A stretch of 62,609 nucleotides of DNA, filler included, from Stramenopiles sp. TOSAG23-2 (lineage: Eukaryota): NCBI GenBank assembly GCA_900128395.1. It is 2 parts of 2 records of this genome, joined end to end, with 100 filler letters (N's around TTAATTAATTAA, not from the genome) between each part and the next. Parts side by side here need not be neighbours in the genome. Positions count along the whole stretch, not along the records: positions 31,386 to 62,609 come from LT649374.1; 1 more part is not named here. One strand, given 5' to 3'. The position numbers and the translations under genes were made by a program. The first letter of the stretch is position 1. Each line of letters starts with the position of its first letter. Below the pieces are notes generated by a model that did not search any database, was not told where the DNA came from, and worked only from the letters and a program-made list of their open reading frames with translations. This document shows positions 45,932 to 58,885 of this stretch, piece by piece.

Positions 45932-46472
45932 TATAATATACAATGTATGACCATATCTATGTATTTATTGAAATGTATCGTTATTTCTTCATCAATAGAA
46001 AAGCATTTTTTAAAAAAGTATGATATAATATACAATGTATGACCATATTAATGATATGATAAAAATGATTTTATCATATCATAAGTATGCATATGCATTT
46101 TTATGATATCATATATGATATCTTACATAAATATTCGTATCATACAGAGTATGATACATGCCAATTAAATTATGGGTATTAAATACATGATGTGTGTGAG
46201 TATTTTATCGTTTAAAATATCATCTATAACGAGTAGAGAGTACATTTACGAAGAAGAAGTAAAAATTTGAGTAAAAATATATTCGTATCATACTTTTTTT
46301 ATATGCATTTTATATATTTTTTTAAAAAAAACTGAAATTAAGACGCCGGGGTTCAAGCATTTTAATATTTACGCTGTTTTCGTCCACAAACGAAAGTTTG
46401 ATTTACCACTACGTCCAGTATAACCTTCACCACCAGAACCTTGACTTCCTTTACACGCCCATTGATTACCAT

Positions 46473-47615
46473 TTACGCTGTTTTCGTCCACAAACGAAAG
46501 TTTGATTTACCACTACGTCCAGTATAACCTTCACCACCAGAACCTTGACTTCCTTTACACGCCCATTGATTACCAGTATGTGCGGTTATCAACGCAGTTG
46601 ATTCCGTCTTTCCTGATGTTAAACCGTAATGACCATTAATGACCCATGCGGTTGGATACGACGTTCCGGATTGATCTACTTGTGTATTTGACCAGGTTGC
46701 AGATGTTGCAGCTGTCTGCGTATAAGAAGTTACACCACCCCAATAACGAATGAAGTTGTTATTACTATCGTAACATTCTGCACGAAAGATAGCGGTTGAT
46801 TTACTACCTTTTAATGCATTGATTTCAGCCATCGACATGTGCCAGTGTCCCGTCAATTTCCCGTAATCTTTGCTATTTAATGCAGCATTTGAATTCCATC
46901 CTGCTTGGCCACGATTGTCATATCTTGCACTAGCAACTAATGTCCATCCACCACCATCGTTTTTACTGTCAACAGTCAAACCATTAAAATCACAATATGT
47001 ATTCATTGATCCTCCCCCAGCTTTTTTCAAATTGTATAAACCACTTTCCAAACTGCTATCGATTGCATACAATTCTTGACAGCTATTAACTTCCGTTTGG
47101 ACACATTTCGCATTGTTGCCAGCAAGATCTAGCATCCTAAGTTTTGAACCTGCAAACTGGGCACCTTTCCCCGCGCCCACTTGTTCCTCAAGTACAGTTG
47201 TCCAGAACCGACATGTACACTTGATTTTAATCTTCAGGCCAACAGACTCAACTCCTCCTTTTGCTTGCCCAGTTGTTCTAGCACCGGGTACAGTTGTCCA
47301 GAACCGACATGTACACTTGATTTTAATCTTCAGGCCAACAGACTCAACTCCTCCTTTTGCTTGCCCAGTTGTTCTAGCACCGGTAAAGCCTCCAGACCAC
47401 TCACCACACACATCTGGTGATGATCAAATCCAACTTTGACTGAAGAATCACAATTCTCGTCATTATCAATTAATGATGCTGGCACATCAGTATTACATGA
47501 AGGCAATCTCGTTGGTCTTCTACCGCAATTATCATCAAGTACACATTGTTCTTTTGTAGCTGTACTTTCAGTGCAAACATATTACAATGATTAATATACA
47601 AAACAATATTTTCAT
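46473..47615 (-). CDS. Secreted protein with a fibrinogen-related (FReD/intelectin-type) domain; frameshifted 5' part
   Basis: 'SCQELY.....ESGLY.L.......TYCDF......DGGGWTLVA'. Upstream signal peptide MKILFCILIIVIC (ATG 47615) and a Cys-rich segment lie in other frames, implying two frameshifts. In-frame 96-bp duplication; duplicated 3' end. Confidence 0.65.
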
Positions 47616-47670
47616 CTTGATCTCGCTACTTAATAAATATTGAATCCTGTATAAAGCTTTGTCCTTGCTT

Positions 47671-47709
<39 letters not shown>

Positions 47710-48554
47710 GTCTACCAGCAATGATGTTAAATATATATATATATATATATAGATTCTATACCTCCTTCATTCATAACAGTATGTACATGTGTGGGCAATT
47801 CGATCCTACCTGAATGGCATTATTGTTTAGCTATAATGCTGTGTAGTGTATTTTATGTATGGTTTTGACACGAGATCGTGGGCTTTTATTAATAAACATC
47901 CAAAAATGAAACGACAAAAATTACATGTATACTCTATTTAAAACGATACACTATTGATTTTTTTAAAATAGGATGTGTATAGCAATGTAACAAGAAGATA
48001 ATATAAATATGATATAACACATAGCATATTACTCTCTGGAAAAACACAGCTTTTTGCTACTAATCCAATATGGGAGAAAACAATGAATTAAGAATTAAGT
48101 AACACTGAGCAAGATACAATTAAAAACTATTACTGCAGTGCAACTAAAAAAGTACCCTATACTAAAAGTTGAATATGTGGAGAAGTTACTATAGTGATAA
48201 AATGTAACAAAAAAATAATACGACGCGCTCGTATTATTTGTCGTCTCTACAAAAAGCTTCGCGTATTTTATTTATACTTCTTACGCTTCCGATTTTTTTT
48301 TTCACACCGCTGATGAAGAAAAACAAAGTACCGTGGGTGTCGTATTCTTGAAAAAATAATCTAGATGCATATATGTATAAATTTTATATATATAATATAT
48401 ATATATATTTATATATATAATTATGATACGAAGTTTGTAAAAAATATCAAGCCAAACCAAAACCAGTTAAATTTTCCAATGCAACAGAAAAGCGATCTTT
48501 CAATATTTCCTTTGAAGAATATTCAGGAAAACATAATGTATTAAGTAAAAAATA

Positions 48555-51500
48555 TCAAGCCAAACCAAAACCAGTTAAATTTTCCAATGCAACAGAAAAG
48601 CGATCTTTCAATATTTCCTTTGAAGAATATTCAGGAAAACATAATGTATTAAAACATGTATGTGCAGTTGGTAAATGTTCATCATTGTGTGATCCAGCTT
48701 TTTGTATTACAAAACGTAAACCTTTGAAGCCATTTGTAGGTATACGATCGTTACCTGTAACAAAAAATAATAACTTTCGTTTTTCTACTTCGGTATATTG
48801 TGTAATTACCATATCCCAAAACCATTTCACTACATTTGTTTCACTTGTATATCCATCTATGTATTTACTACTAGATACTAAATCTTCAAAATTGTCAAAA
48901 TTAGAAATACCACATAATAATAATTTCAATTCATGCGGTCTACATAGTGTCAGTGCCGGGCATGCTATTACTTTTTGAAAGCCCCTGGCAATAGATTGAA
49001 TTCCTAACCAATGCCTATCTGTCAATTCACTTTTAATATATAATTCAATAAATAAATCAACGTTCCGTGTTGTTACAGGAATATCAATACCATTTGGTTT
49101 CAAATCTTCTTGTAAAACGGTTGGTCTATATAAACCATTATTTATAGCTTCTTTGGTGTTGCTATTATTGTCACTTGATGTAGCTGCTACCATAATAGCA
49201 GTTGATATTGAAAAAACCTCATCAAGTTCTTGTATATTGCTTTTCATATTTTTCATTTTTTGTAATGATTGAGCAATCATCGGTCTTAACTCTGCAAAGT
49301 CATTAAGTGATGGCTTCACTTCTGTGTTTGTGTTTAAATATAACAAATGCTGAAATAAAATGAGCAATCATCGGTCTTAACTCTGCAAAGTCATTAAGTG
49401 ATGGCTTCACTTCTGTGTTTGTGTTTAAATATAACAAATGCTGAAATAAAATATTTGGAAATCGTAAATCTAGATAAACGCCATTATATATTGATATTCC
49501 AATCAATGTACCAAATAATTCAAATAAATTAACAGGAACTTGTTCTTTTACCAATTGTGTTCCTTTATACTTATAACGTGGAGGGGAAAACCACCATCTG
49601 TTTGTACCTTTATCCAATGTAAATAAAGTAGTATCATTTAAGAATTTTGATACAACTAATGAACAAAATTCTTTGGTTAAACCACCTTCATCAACACCAT
49701 CTTCCCCTTTGAAATGTATTTTTAATGGTTTTCTCATATCATTCATATTGCTATTGGAAAAAATATCAACAGCATCTTCTAATAAATTTTCTCTGGATAT
49801 GTGCATATTAAAAAAAAATGTTTCATTTAACTCTGGCCGTGGGGCACCTTGTGTTACTGCTTCAAAAAATGAATCGATGGAAAGACGAACGTTTTCTGCC
49901 ATACGTTTTGTTGCATCAATGCGTATCAATCGTCTTTTTGTATGCGTTTCAAAGACAAAAGGACATTGACATAAAGAATGTACGGCTAAAGAACTAGATG
50001 ATTGCAATAACCAATTTGTATATTCTTTGGATAAATCATCTTTTGGTATTTGACTAATTGCAGCATTGTAAAACATTGAAGATGGTAAAATAGATTCTTG
50101 TTGATTTATCTGATAAATCTGCGACAATAATAATAATGCATTTGTTTGATCTACACTACGCATACTTTTATATGTATAAATCAATGTTAAGAAATTTTGT
50201 ATCACATGTACTATTTGACCTAAAAATTCAGACGAAAATTTTGTTAACCATAAAAACAATACCTCCCGCGCGTTTTTACTCAATGACATGATGGCTCGTA
50301 TTAAACGTTCAAGTGCTACGTGGCATATCTGCGGCTCGAGTAATATTGGATTTTCAAAACATATTAAAAATACTCTTAGATTTTCTTTCTCGTTAAAAAA
50401 ACATTCCCGGATGGTCTCACTTAAACGATGTGTAGCAAACGTTAACCGGGTTTTAATAACATTTTTTATTTCAGTTGACAATTTATCATGCATTAACAAC
50501 ATTTTATATGTCTTTCTTACAACTGATAGGTCCAATCCGGAATCGGTATTATTTGCAGATACAACAGACATTACATCTACCATACTTCTTCCATGTTCAT
50601 CTTCAAGCTGATTTTTATTTTTCAAAAACGAGGCATTTAAACATGCTGGGCTAGAAAACGCGTCAATAATATGTGTTTCTAAATGTCTCATTTCATTGCT
50701 TTGCCTTATATTACCATTATTTACAACATTATTTACAAGTTCTTCTATTCGGGAAAATGATACAATTGGTGATTGTGATGAGTTTGACAATGCTGTTGGA
50801 ATTTTTTTCACATCATCATCATTATTACATGTTAATACAAATGTATGTAAATTTCCACAAAAAACACGTACAACGGTTTCTTTGATATTATCATTGAATG
50901 GATCTACGATGTTATTAAAAAATCTTATTTTTTTTGGTCGTAAAATTTTTCGTAAGTTTATTAATCCAGTTCCATTATTGTGATTGTCATTGTACAATCC
51001 TAATTGACCAGCTGCGTTGAGGCCCCAGCCATATAAATTTCTTTGTTTCAAAATGCTACCATCCTCACATTTTGTTTTTGTATAGACAATTGCCATTGAA
51101 TGTTCGGAACCACATGATAAATCTCCAACAATACCATATATATCTTGGAATTGAATTATTAATTTTGGTAAAGGAATATTATTTTCATCATTGTGCCCAA
51201 GTTGACCATTCATTCCTTTACCCCAGCTGAAAACTGTACCACTAGTTGTTAACGCCATTGAATGGTTTCCACCTGCAGCTAAAAATGATGGGCGAGCAAC
51301 TCGTAAGGATGTTATAATTTTTGGGCGTAATTCACGATGTTGTGTTTTGCTACTACTATTATTATTAGTAGTAGTATTATTATTATTATTGTTTGACAAT
51401 CCTAATTGCCCATATTCATTTGAGCCCCAAGCCCATACTAATCCACCAGATGATAGAGTTAATACATGATTTTCACCACAGCATACTTGGATAATAGGGC

Positions 51501-52068
51501 GATTTTTCAATGGAGCACATATAGCAGGCATCGTAACTGATGTGAATTGACCATTTCCAATTTGTCCAACCTTGCCTGCACCAAATGAATGAACAATACC
51601 AGTTTTCGTGATTAACATTGAGTGTGCTTTGCCAGTACTTATTGTAGCTATGCGGTCATCTCCCATTTTTAATGTTTTCCATCTATTCTTAGTTTCACGA
51701 TGACCTTGGCCAAGCTGTCCATAATTATTTTTTCCAATTGAAAATGCAGAGCCATGGCTTGATTCAGCAATTGTGAAACCTTCTCCACAACCAACATCAA
51801 TTAATTTATGTGCTTCTAATTGAAGCACTGGCAAAAATATAAAACGACGACCATCCCTACCTAATTCATTATTGTCGTTATTACCACACGTATATAAAAA
51901 ACCATTAGAACCAATGGCAGCGCTATGCGTTTGCGAGCAATTAATTTTAATAATATTTTTACCATTTAAACTTTCTACTTTAATAGGTTTTAATTGATTC
52001 CCTTCATTATGCTTAACACCCAATTGTCCGTCCACATTGCATCCAAATGCATATACATACGTCGTCAT
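48555..52068 (-). CDS. HERC-type E3 ubiquitin ligase (RCC1 repeats plus HECT); split by a ~92-bp duplication
   Basis: RCC1 repeats 'FGCNVDGQLG', 'WAWGSNEYGQLG', 'FSWGKGMNGQLG'; HECT 'F.GEDGVDEGGL.KEF', 'LLFFVTGNDRIP', catalytic 'LPTAHTCFN'. Duplication ~49269-49452. ATG at 52068. Confidence 0.9.
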
Positions 52069-52453
52069 CTTTGTATCGCGTGCGGTAACTAAACTATTCG
52101 TGTGTCGTACAGCAAAACACACTGCTGATTATACGGTATTATTCTAGAATACAGTATTCCAATTTGTATTTATTTAGTAGTATATATGATTTACTTTTTT
52201 TGTCTCTCCACTACGAAGCCGGTATATATATATTTATAATTTTATATTTCGATATTAGCTTATGCAACTTATTGCACTCTATTTATATATTGGTTTTTTA
52301 GGTTGTCTAAAAATAATAATAAAATCTGAAATCTCCCTATCATATTGCATAATGGTGTACTTGAAAGGGAAATTAGAATAATATATTAATATTTATTTGT
52401 CTAGATATTCGTCTTGGTATGTGAATAGTATAGTGATTGTTTACGCTATATAG

Positions 52454-52882
52454 TTATGATATTATTACTTCTCGTATCTCGTATACACTCTGTACTTTCG
52501 CTGACGATCCTCTCTTCATCGCTCGTTGCAAGCAGCGGTAACGTTGATACGGCCCTAGGTGTCCCAGTTGTTGGTCCCACGTTGCGACCCAGTCGTCGTA
52601 TAATTGCGTTCTGCCATCGTAGTGCAATTCGCTTAAATACTCCTGCGTAATGCTTCTTGGTAATAGCATGGATTTTATAGCACTTTCGTACATCTTTTTC
52701 GCGCGCTCCATATCCTCTTCCGTTACGTTAGCGTCAAAATGTAGTGGCGGCGGTGCATTATTCAAATGCGTCATTGAATATTCTTCCCGCAATATTCGTA
52801 TATACTGCGCTCGCAGTCCGATTTGGCTTCTGAATGCCTCTCGATATTCGACAGCATCATGAACATCATCTAGATTCGCCAT
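52454..52882 (-). CDS. Hypothetical protein (142 aa) between 104-bp direct repeats
   Basis: ATG-initiated and richer in GC/CpG than its surroundings; the last 14 codons lie inside the repeat 52394-52497 (second copy 52969-53072). Confidence 0.45.
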   Translation of the reverse strand: MANLDDVHDAVEYREAFRSQIGLRAQYIRILREEYSMTHLNNAPPPLHFDANVTEEDMERAKKMYESAIKSMLLPRSITQEYLSELHYDGRTQLYDDWVATWDQQLGHLGPYQRYRCLQRAMKRGSSAKVQSVYEIREVIIS

Positions 52883-53553
52883 TTCCTCTTCCTAATTTAC
52901 TAAATATAATGTAATATAAAATATTAATGTAGTAGATAATATATTCCGATATTTGATACGGCCCCCAGTATTTGTCTAGATATTCGTCTTGGTATGTGAA
53001 TAGTATAGTGATTGTTTACGCTATATAGTTATGATATTATTACTTCTCGTATCTCGTATACACTCTGTACTTCTATATATTTATATCTCTCTCCACATCC
53101 TCTTACACATACATATATTAATATATATATGTATGTGTATTCATTCATTATGCACCTCTTCTGGGCACCACATCTTAACGAATCTCTGATTGACAGTTTC
53201 TTCTACTCTTCCTAATGCTATTCTCTTACTATGCGTCTCCTACGCTATTTATATGTATAATATATTAAAAATAATAATACCTTAAAAGTATCAAAAAAAA
53301 GAAGTTTAAGTTCTTCTTCTTCTTTTCCTGAATTGCAATTTTGTGCAATTCGTGTCGACGAACAAAAAACAACAACAAATAATGTGCAAAAAATGCAACA
53401 AATAGTTCTAAATAGTAGTCTTAAATATAATAATAAATAGAAAGGTAGATATAGATATGAGAAGAATTTTTAAATGAAGTAAATGAACATCAACATAAAA
53501 AAACAAACAATCATTACAGAGAAACATTCGTTAATAATATCTCGCACTACAAC

Positions 53554-56114
53554 ATGATGAGACGAGCCATACATTTGTTTCGTCGTAAAAAACATTCATC
53601 GCTTTCGAATGATTTAATACAGAGAAATACATTGTATACTATTGCGTCACCTAGATATAATTATATTTGTCGTAATATTGATATTGTTCATAATAATAAT
53701 ACATGTATTTAATACAGAGAAATACATTGTATACTATTGCGTCACCTAGATATAATTATATTTGTCGTAATATTGATATTGTTCATAATAATAATACATG
53801 TAAAAATAATAATACCAAAAATATATTTGTACATTTTTCTTCGTCCATTTCGTCCACCACCAAAACTACACCTGGTTTGTTTGGTATTCCAAATTTACAT
53901 GAAATAAGCGATTGGAAATCAATAACAGATCAAGTTATTGATGACTGTAACAATGCAAGACAGCGTATATATTCCAAAATAAACAATCCAGATTTATCAA
54001 TATTAGATGATTTAGATTATCTATCATATACAATATGTGAGATAGCTGATGCAGCTGAATTATGCCGTTGTGTGCATGTTGATTTTGAACATCGAAGGGC
54101 TGCTGAAGAAACCGTTTTTCGATTTGCTGATTATATGTTATCGCTCGGACATGATGAAAATATGTATAAGGTATTATGTAAGCTAATGGAAAATGTGGAA
54201 ATGTATCAGTCTATGAGTGCAGAACAGTTGACTATGGCAAATGATATGAAAAATGAATTTGAGCGTGATGGTGTTCATTTGGATGAAAGTATTAGAGAAC
54301 GTTTGCGAGAGATAAATAATGACATAACATCATTAGAAGCTGATTTTCAAAAAATGGCACAACAAGTCGGTGGTTCTTTTGCCGTTCCTGCGGAAACGAT
54401 TGAAATCTTACCTAAAGAATTATATGCACAAGCTACGAATGAAAAATTGTTACAAGGTTATGGGTTAAAGAAAGGGGCGGCAATTTTACATTCCAATTGG
54501 GTGGACATAGTAACAAATATAGTTCCTAATCCAGCTGTTAGAGAATCATTTTATAAATTTTCTAAATCATTGGGGGATGAAAATGTGCAAATATTGGAAC
54601 AATTGATTGTAAAAAAGAATGAAAAGGCACAATTATTAGGATTTGAATCATATGGTGATTTAATTGCAAAAGAGCAAATGTTAGGCAGCAGGGAACATAT
54701 TAAACAATTTCTAGTAGGCATTTTAGAAAATACGAAGTCGAAAATGAACGAAGAATTGAATATTATGAAAACATATAAACAGGTGATGGAAAAGAATGTA
54801 ACTGGCAGTGATAACATTGATGATGACATTGTTATTAATTCATGGGATGTGCCTTTTTACTCTAGCTTAGCAACACGTGAAAAATTTCAAACCAACTTCA
54901 ATGGTTATTTTAAATTAGAAAATGTTTTGAAAGGTTTAGAATTTGTATGCTTAAGAATATTTAATTTAAAAATTAAATCTGAACGAGTTAGCGAAGCGGA
55001 AGATTGGACAAATGGTCAATTAAACAAAAACAATCATGTGCGTAAGAAAGGTTTAGAATTTGTATGCTTAAGAATATTTAATTTAAAAATTAAATCTGAA
55101 CGAGTTAGCGAAGCGGAAGATTGGACAAATGGTCAATTAAACAAAAACAATCATGTGCGTAAACTAATTCTATACGATGGTGATAAAAGTGAAGAAGGCT
55201 CACAAAATATTGTCGGTACAATATACTTGGATTTATACCCACGAGCAAATAAAGTTGGCGGTGCAACACATTTTGCAATACGCCATAGTCATCGGAAATT
55301 AGATGGCGAGTACCAACTACCAACTGTTTTTTTAAATACAAATTTTGCGCATCCAACTGCTCCTAAATCAAATGATAATACAATTATGAATACATTGTTT
55401 CAAGGCAAAAAGGAAGAAATATCTTTATTAAAACATGAGGATATACAAACATTATTTCATGAATTTGGCCATGCCTTGCATACATTGTTATCACGAACAC
55501 GGTATCAACATCTAGCCGGTACGCGTGTTAAAACAGATTTTGTGGAAATACCATCGCATTTAATGGAATATTTTGTTAGGGATTATCGTGTATTAAAGTA
55601 TTTCATAGATGAAGATAACATAGAAGAAGATGCAAATAGCAATGATTGTACAATACCGACGAAGGAAAATATAGATGAGCTCAATCAAAGTCGTTCTTAC
55701 TTTTCTGCAACAAATATTCATTCTCAAGTGTTATGGGCGATGTTTGATCAAGCTATTCATGGTGCCCGTGACAATTTGGAAACTGTTGATTCCACTAAAA
55801 TATATGAAGAAATTACAAATACGTACATGTGCTATCCATACGCTGAAGGTACTAAACCACATGCCAAATTTACACATTTTATAAATTATGGTAGTACATA
55901 TTATAGTTATTTGCACGCAAAAGTTTATAGCGCGATGATATGGCGAAAATTGTTTCTAGATGACCCATTATCTAATAAAGGTGGTGAAACTTTTAGAAAG
56001 GAAATTTTATATTATGGTGGGGGTAAATGTCCATATAAAATATTAGAGACGGTATTGGAAGAAGATGCAAGAGATATTAAAGCATTAACAGACAGTTTTA
56101 TACAGCATCAATAA
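53554..56114 (+). CDS. MIPEP: Mitochondrial intermediate peptidase (peptidase M3)
   Basis: Arg-rich presequence 'MMRRAIHLFRRK' (ATG 53554), 'GLFGIP.L', 'GTIYLDLYPR..K', 'LFHEFGHALH', 'GTRVKTDFVEIPSHLME', 'YGSTYYSYL'. Duplications at ~53612-53800 (frameshifting) and ~54930-55162 (in frame). Confidence 0.92.
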
Positions 56115-56302
56115 AAAAAGTAAAAAGAAAATATACGCGAGAGATGTAATTATTTTTAATCATGATTATTATGGTGTGCGTGTATAAAAAAAAAATAACT
56201 CGTATCATGTTCAAAAATAAAAATACAATTTTTTTTACGATCATAACACACAACACAGATATATTATAATATAAAAATATACCCGAGTAATAATATACCA
56301 AA

Positions 56303-56535
56303 TGAACCCGACGTCCAGAGCGTTCAACGAGTGCGCACGGAAGGATCTAGAAACCTACTCCACATGCTTGTAGAGTACGAAGAGTTCGTATTTAGAGTTT
56401 GCAGAGGTGCATTAGAGCTTTACTGTACAGGATAGAAATATTAATTCTTGAGATTGAGTATTGAGCGCATTATTTTACTTTTACTTCGCACGGGAAGTAA
56501 AATTATTATGAGATATATAACTTAGATTTTAACCA
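56303..56535 (+). repeat. Full-length (~233 bp) copy of the interspersed repeat family
   Basis: tgaacccgacgtccag...ttagattttaacca; matches the reverse complement of 17105-17301 with small indels. Confidence 0.9.
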
Positions 56536-56710
56536 TCATCCATTATACTTCGGCATTTTAAAGACACAACATTTTATGTCTCGTAATTTTTACCCGCCTG
56601 CTTTTCTTTCAACATTTCTTACCCAAATATTTTAAATCAATTAAACCATGGACATGTTCAAGCACATTTATTTTCAGATGTCTCGTAATTTTTACCCGCC
56701 TGCTTTTCTT

Positions 56711-57640
56711 TCAACATTTCTTACCCAAATATTTTAAATCAATTAAACCATGGACATGTTCAAGCACATTTATTTTCAGATCTTTTTTCGTTACTTTACT
56801 TTCCACTAACAATCGACCATCTTCTCTTCTGACACGAATAATACTACCGATAGGATATGATGCTTCTAATGCGCCATCGAATATGACAGTCTTTTTTTTA
56901 TCATTTGTATTACCACTTATATTGGATGAAAATTTATTACGATTATTTTTCATTTTCTCCTTTCTTATCGGTCTAATTGTCATGCCATTTTTCTCCATTG
57001 CATTACTATCGCCAGTATTTATCATTGTTATATATATTTTCTGTTTGGTCTTATTTCCAAGGAATACAGTTGAATTGCGAACTTGTATTTCTTCTGATCT
57101 ACCTTGTTCATCTTTATAAAGTGATGGATCATCATTTATGTTAACAGTCGCAGCATTCTTTACAATATGTGCGGGTGAATTAATGCCAATCTCAACCTCC
57201 TTTAGCCTGTAACTTGAACTTGTACTATAATTTACGATTCCAAACATATAATATGTGCGGGTGAATTAATGCCAATCTCAACCTCCTTTAGCCTGTAACT
57301 TGAACTTGTACTATAATTTACGATTCCAAACATATAATTATCCAACGGCAAATCATCATCCCATATACGATTCATTGAATCGTATTTAGATTTAGGGCCA
57401 AATGCATGTAATAAATTTTCAATTATTTCGAGATTGTCATGTACGTTACGCAATTCCTCATTAAGATCGTATTGACTGACTGATTCAAATAATTTTCCAC
57501 TTTTTTTCCATTTCAATGCTTTCTTTGCATCTGCTGATTCTTTTGGAAACAATTTTTCATTAATTTCCTCCACTGATTGTTTTGCCTCGACTATTTTTTG
57601 TTCATTCACTCCGCTCTCAGAATAGGATAAATCGATAAGT
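56711..57640 (-). pseudogene. 5'-truncated coding fragment, split by a duplication
   Basis: Coding-like frame 'LIDLSYSESGVNEQK...YLGKKC*' once one copy of the ~57164-57337 duplication is removed; its upstream part is the antisense of an ankyrin fragment. Confidence 0.5.
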
Positions 57641-57884
57641 TGTGGAGTTTTTATTAAAAAATGGTTGCAAGAAATATATAAATGTTTGTGATGTTGACCT
57701 TGAAACTCCTTTACATTTATGTGCAGATTATGGTAGCGAAGAAACGTTTGATATGTTATTAAAACATGGCGGAAATCCATCTTTAAAAAATAATGAGAAT
57801 GAAACACCTACAGATTTATTATTAGATTCCTCAAAAACTGTATCTGAAAAAAAATTCCGAGAACGAAAGTATTTGAATATTTAA
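57640..57884 (+). pseudogene. 5'-truncated ankyrin-repeat fragment
   Basis: 'VEFLLKNG...ETPLHLCADYGSEETFDMLLKHGGNP..KN...ETPTDL'; no start codon before the repeat. Confidence 0.6.
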
Positions 57885-57964
57885 TTTTTACTGACGTATT
57901 TTTTTTCTTCTAAATAATATTTTTTACGAGCGCGTATATATAATATGAGTTTATATTATATGTT

Positions 57965-58092
57965 TTAGTTTGCAGAGGTGCATTAGAGCTTTTACTATAG
58001 TCAGGATAGATTTTATTATTCTTGCGATTGAGTATTGAGCATAATATATATATATTACTTAACACGAGAAGTGTAAAATTATTATAACTTAT
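57965..58092 (+). repeat. Partial copy of the interspersed repeat family, interrupted by a TIR element; the remainder 'agattttaacca' resumes at 58890
   Basis: ttagtttgcagaggtgcattagagcttt...gattgagtattgagc...cacgagaagtgtaaaa...ataactt matches the other copies. Confidence 0.88.
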
Positions 58093-58885
58093 GACCCCAT
58101 GTATCTGAGAGAGGACTTCCAAGGGACAAATAAATTTTTAGTATACTAATAACTATAAATTACACATATTTTACTATCAAACCTCGTGCATTATAATTCC
58201 TAGATCTCCCAAAAAATCATGAATTTTGGATAACTTGGTGACATTTTATTTTTAATCCAAGAAGATGCCATAAACGCACTCTGGGAATTGAGCATTTTTG
58301 TAAAGGGCACGACGGTGATTTTATACATATAAAGAATATTTTTTTTGATCAACAGAAAGTGAAATGACACAATGGTGAAGTTGTACATCTATTTAAGTAA
58401 TCCATCACACAAACAATTACATTTGTTACATTTTCACACTTTCCCATCATATTTACATGTTTTTTTTTATTTTTTAATTATTTATTTTTCCCCTCAAATA
58501 TTGGTTGAAATCTCTGGTCTAAGTACGGAGTAGTTGTATACTAGAAATATTTACCTATATAATATGGTTTTTGTCCATTTAGGGCCAGAAAAGTCCTCTC
58601 TCAGATAAACCGGGTCATATATATATGCATACGAGAAGTAAATATTAATTTTTATTTTTTATTATATATATAAAAAAAAAACAATTTGATCCACATGTAC
58701 ACAAAAGAAAAGATGAAAAGAACGGTGTGTTCGTAATTACCAGGATTACCATGGTGTACCAACAATCTGAATTTGTAAATCTCTGGTCTAAGTACGGAGT
58801 AGTTGTATACTAGAAATATTTACCTATATAATATGGTTTTTGTCCATTTAGGGCCAGAAAAGTCCTCTCTCAGATACATGGGGTC
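58093..58885. mobile_element. Non-autonomous DNA transposon (MITE) with 26-bp perfect TIR and TTAT target-site duplication
   Basis: gaccccatgtatctgagagaggactt (58093-58118) is the reverse complement of 58860-58885; TTAT at 58089-58092 and 58886-58889; a second right-end copy at ~58508-58617. Confidence 0.82.

Noticed and set aside
35516-57337. Repeated blocks as a CRISPR array, programmed frameshifts or real pseudogenes
   Set aside because: Each is a local copy of adjacent sequence with no common repeat unit or spacers, and no cas genes are present; best explained by assembly.
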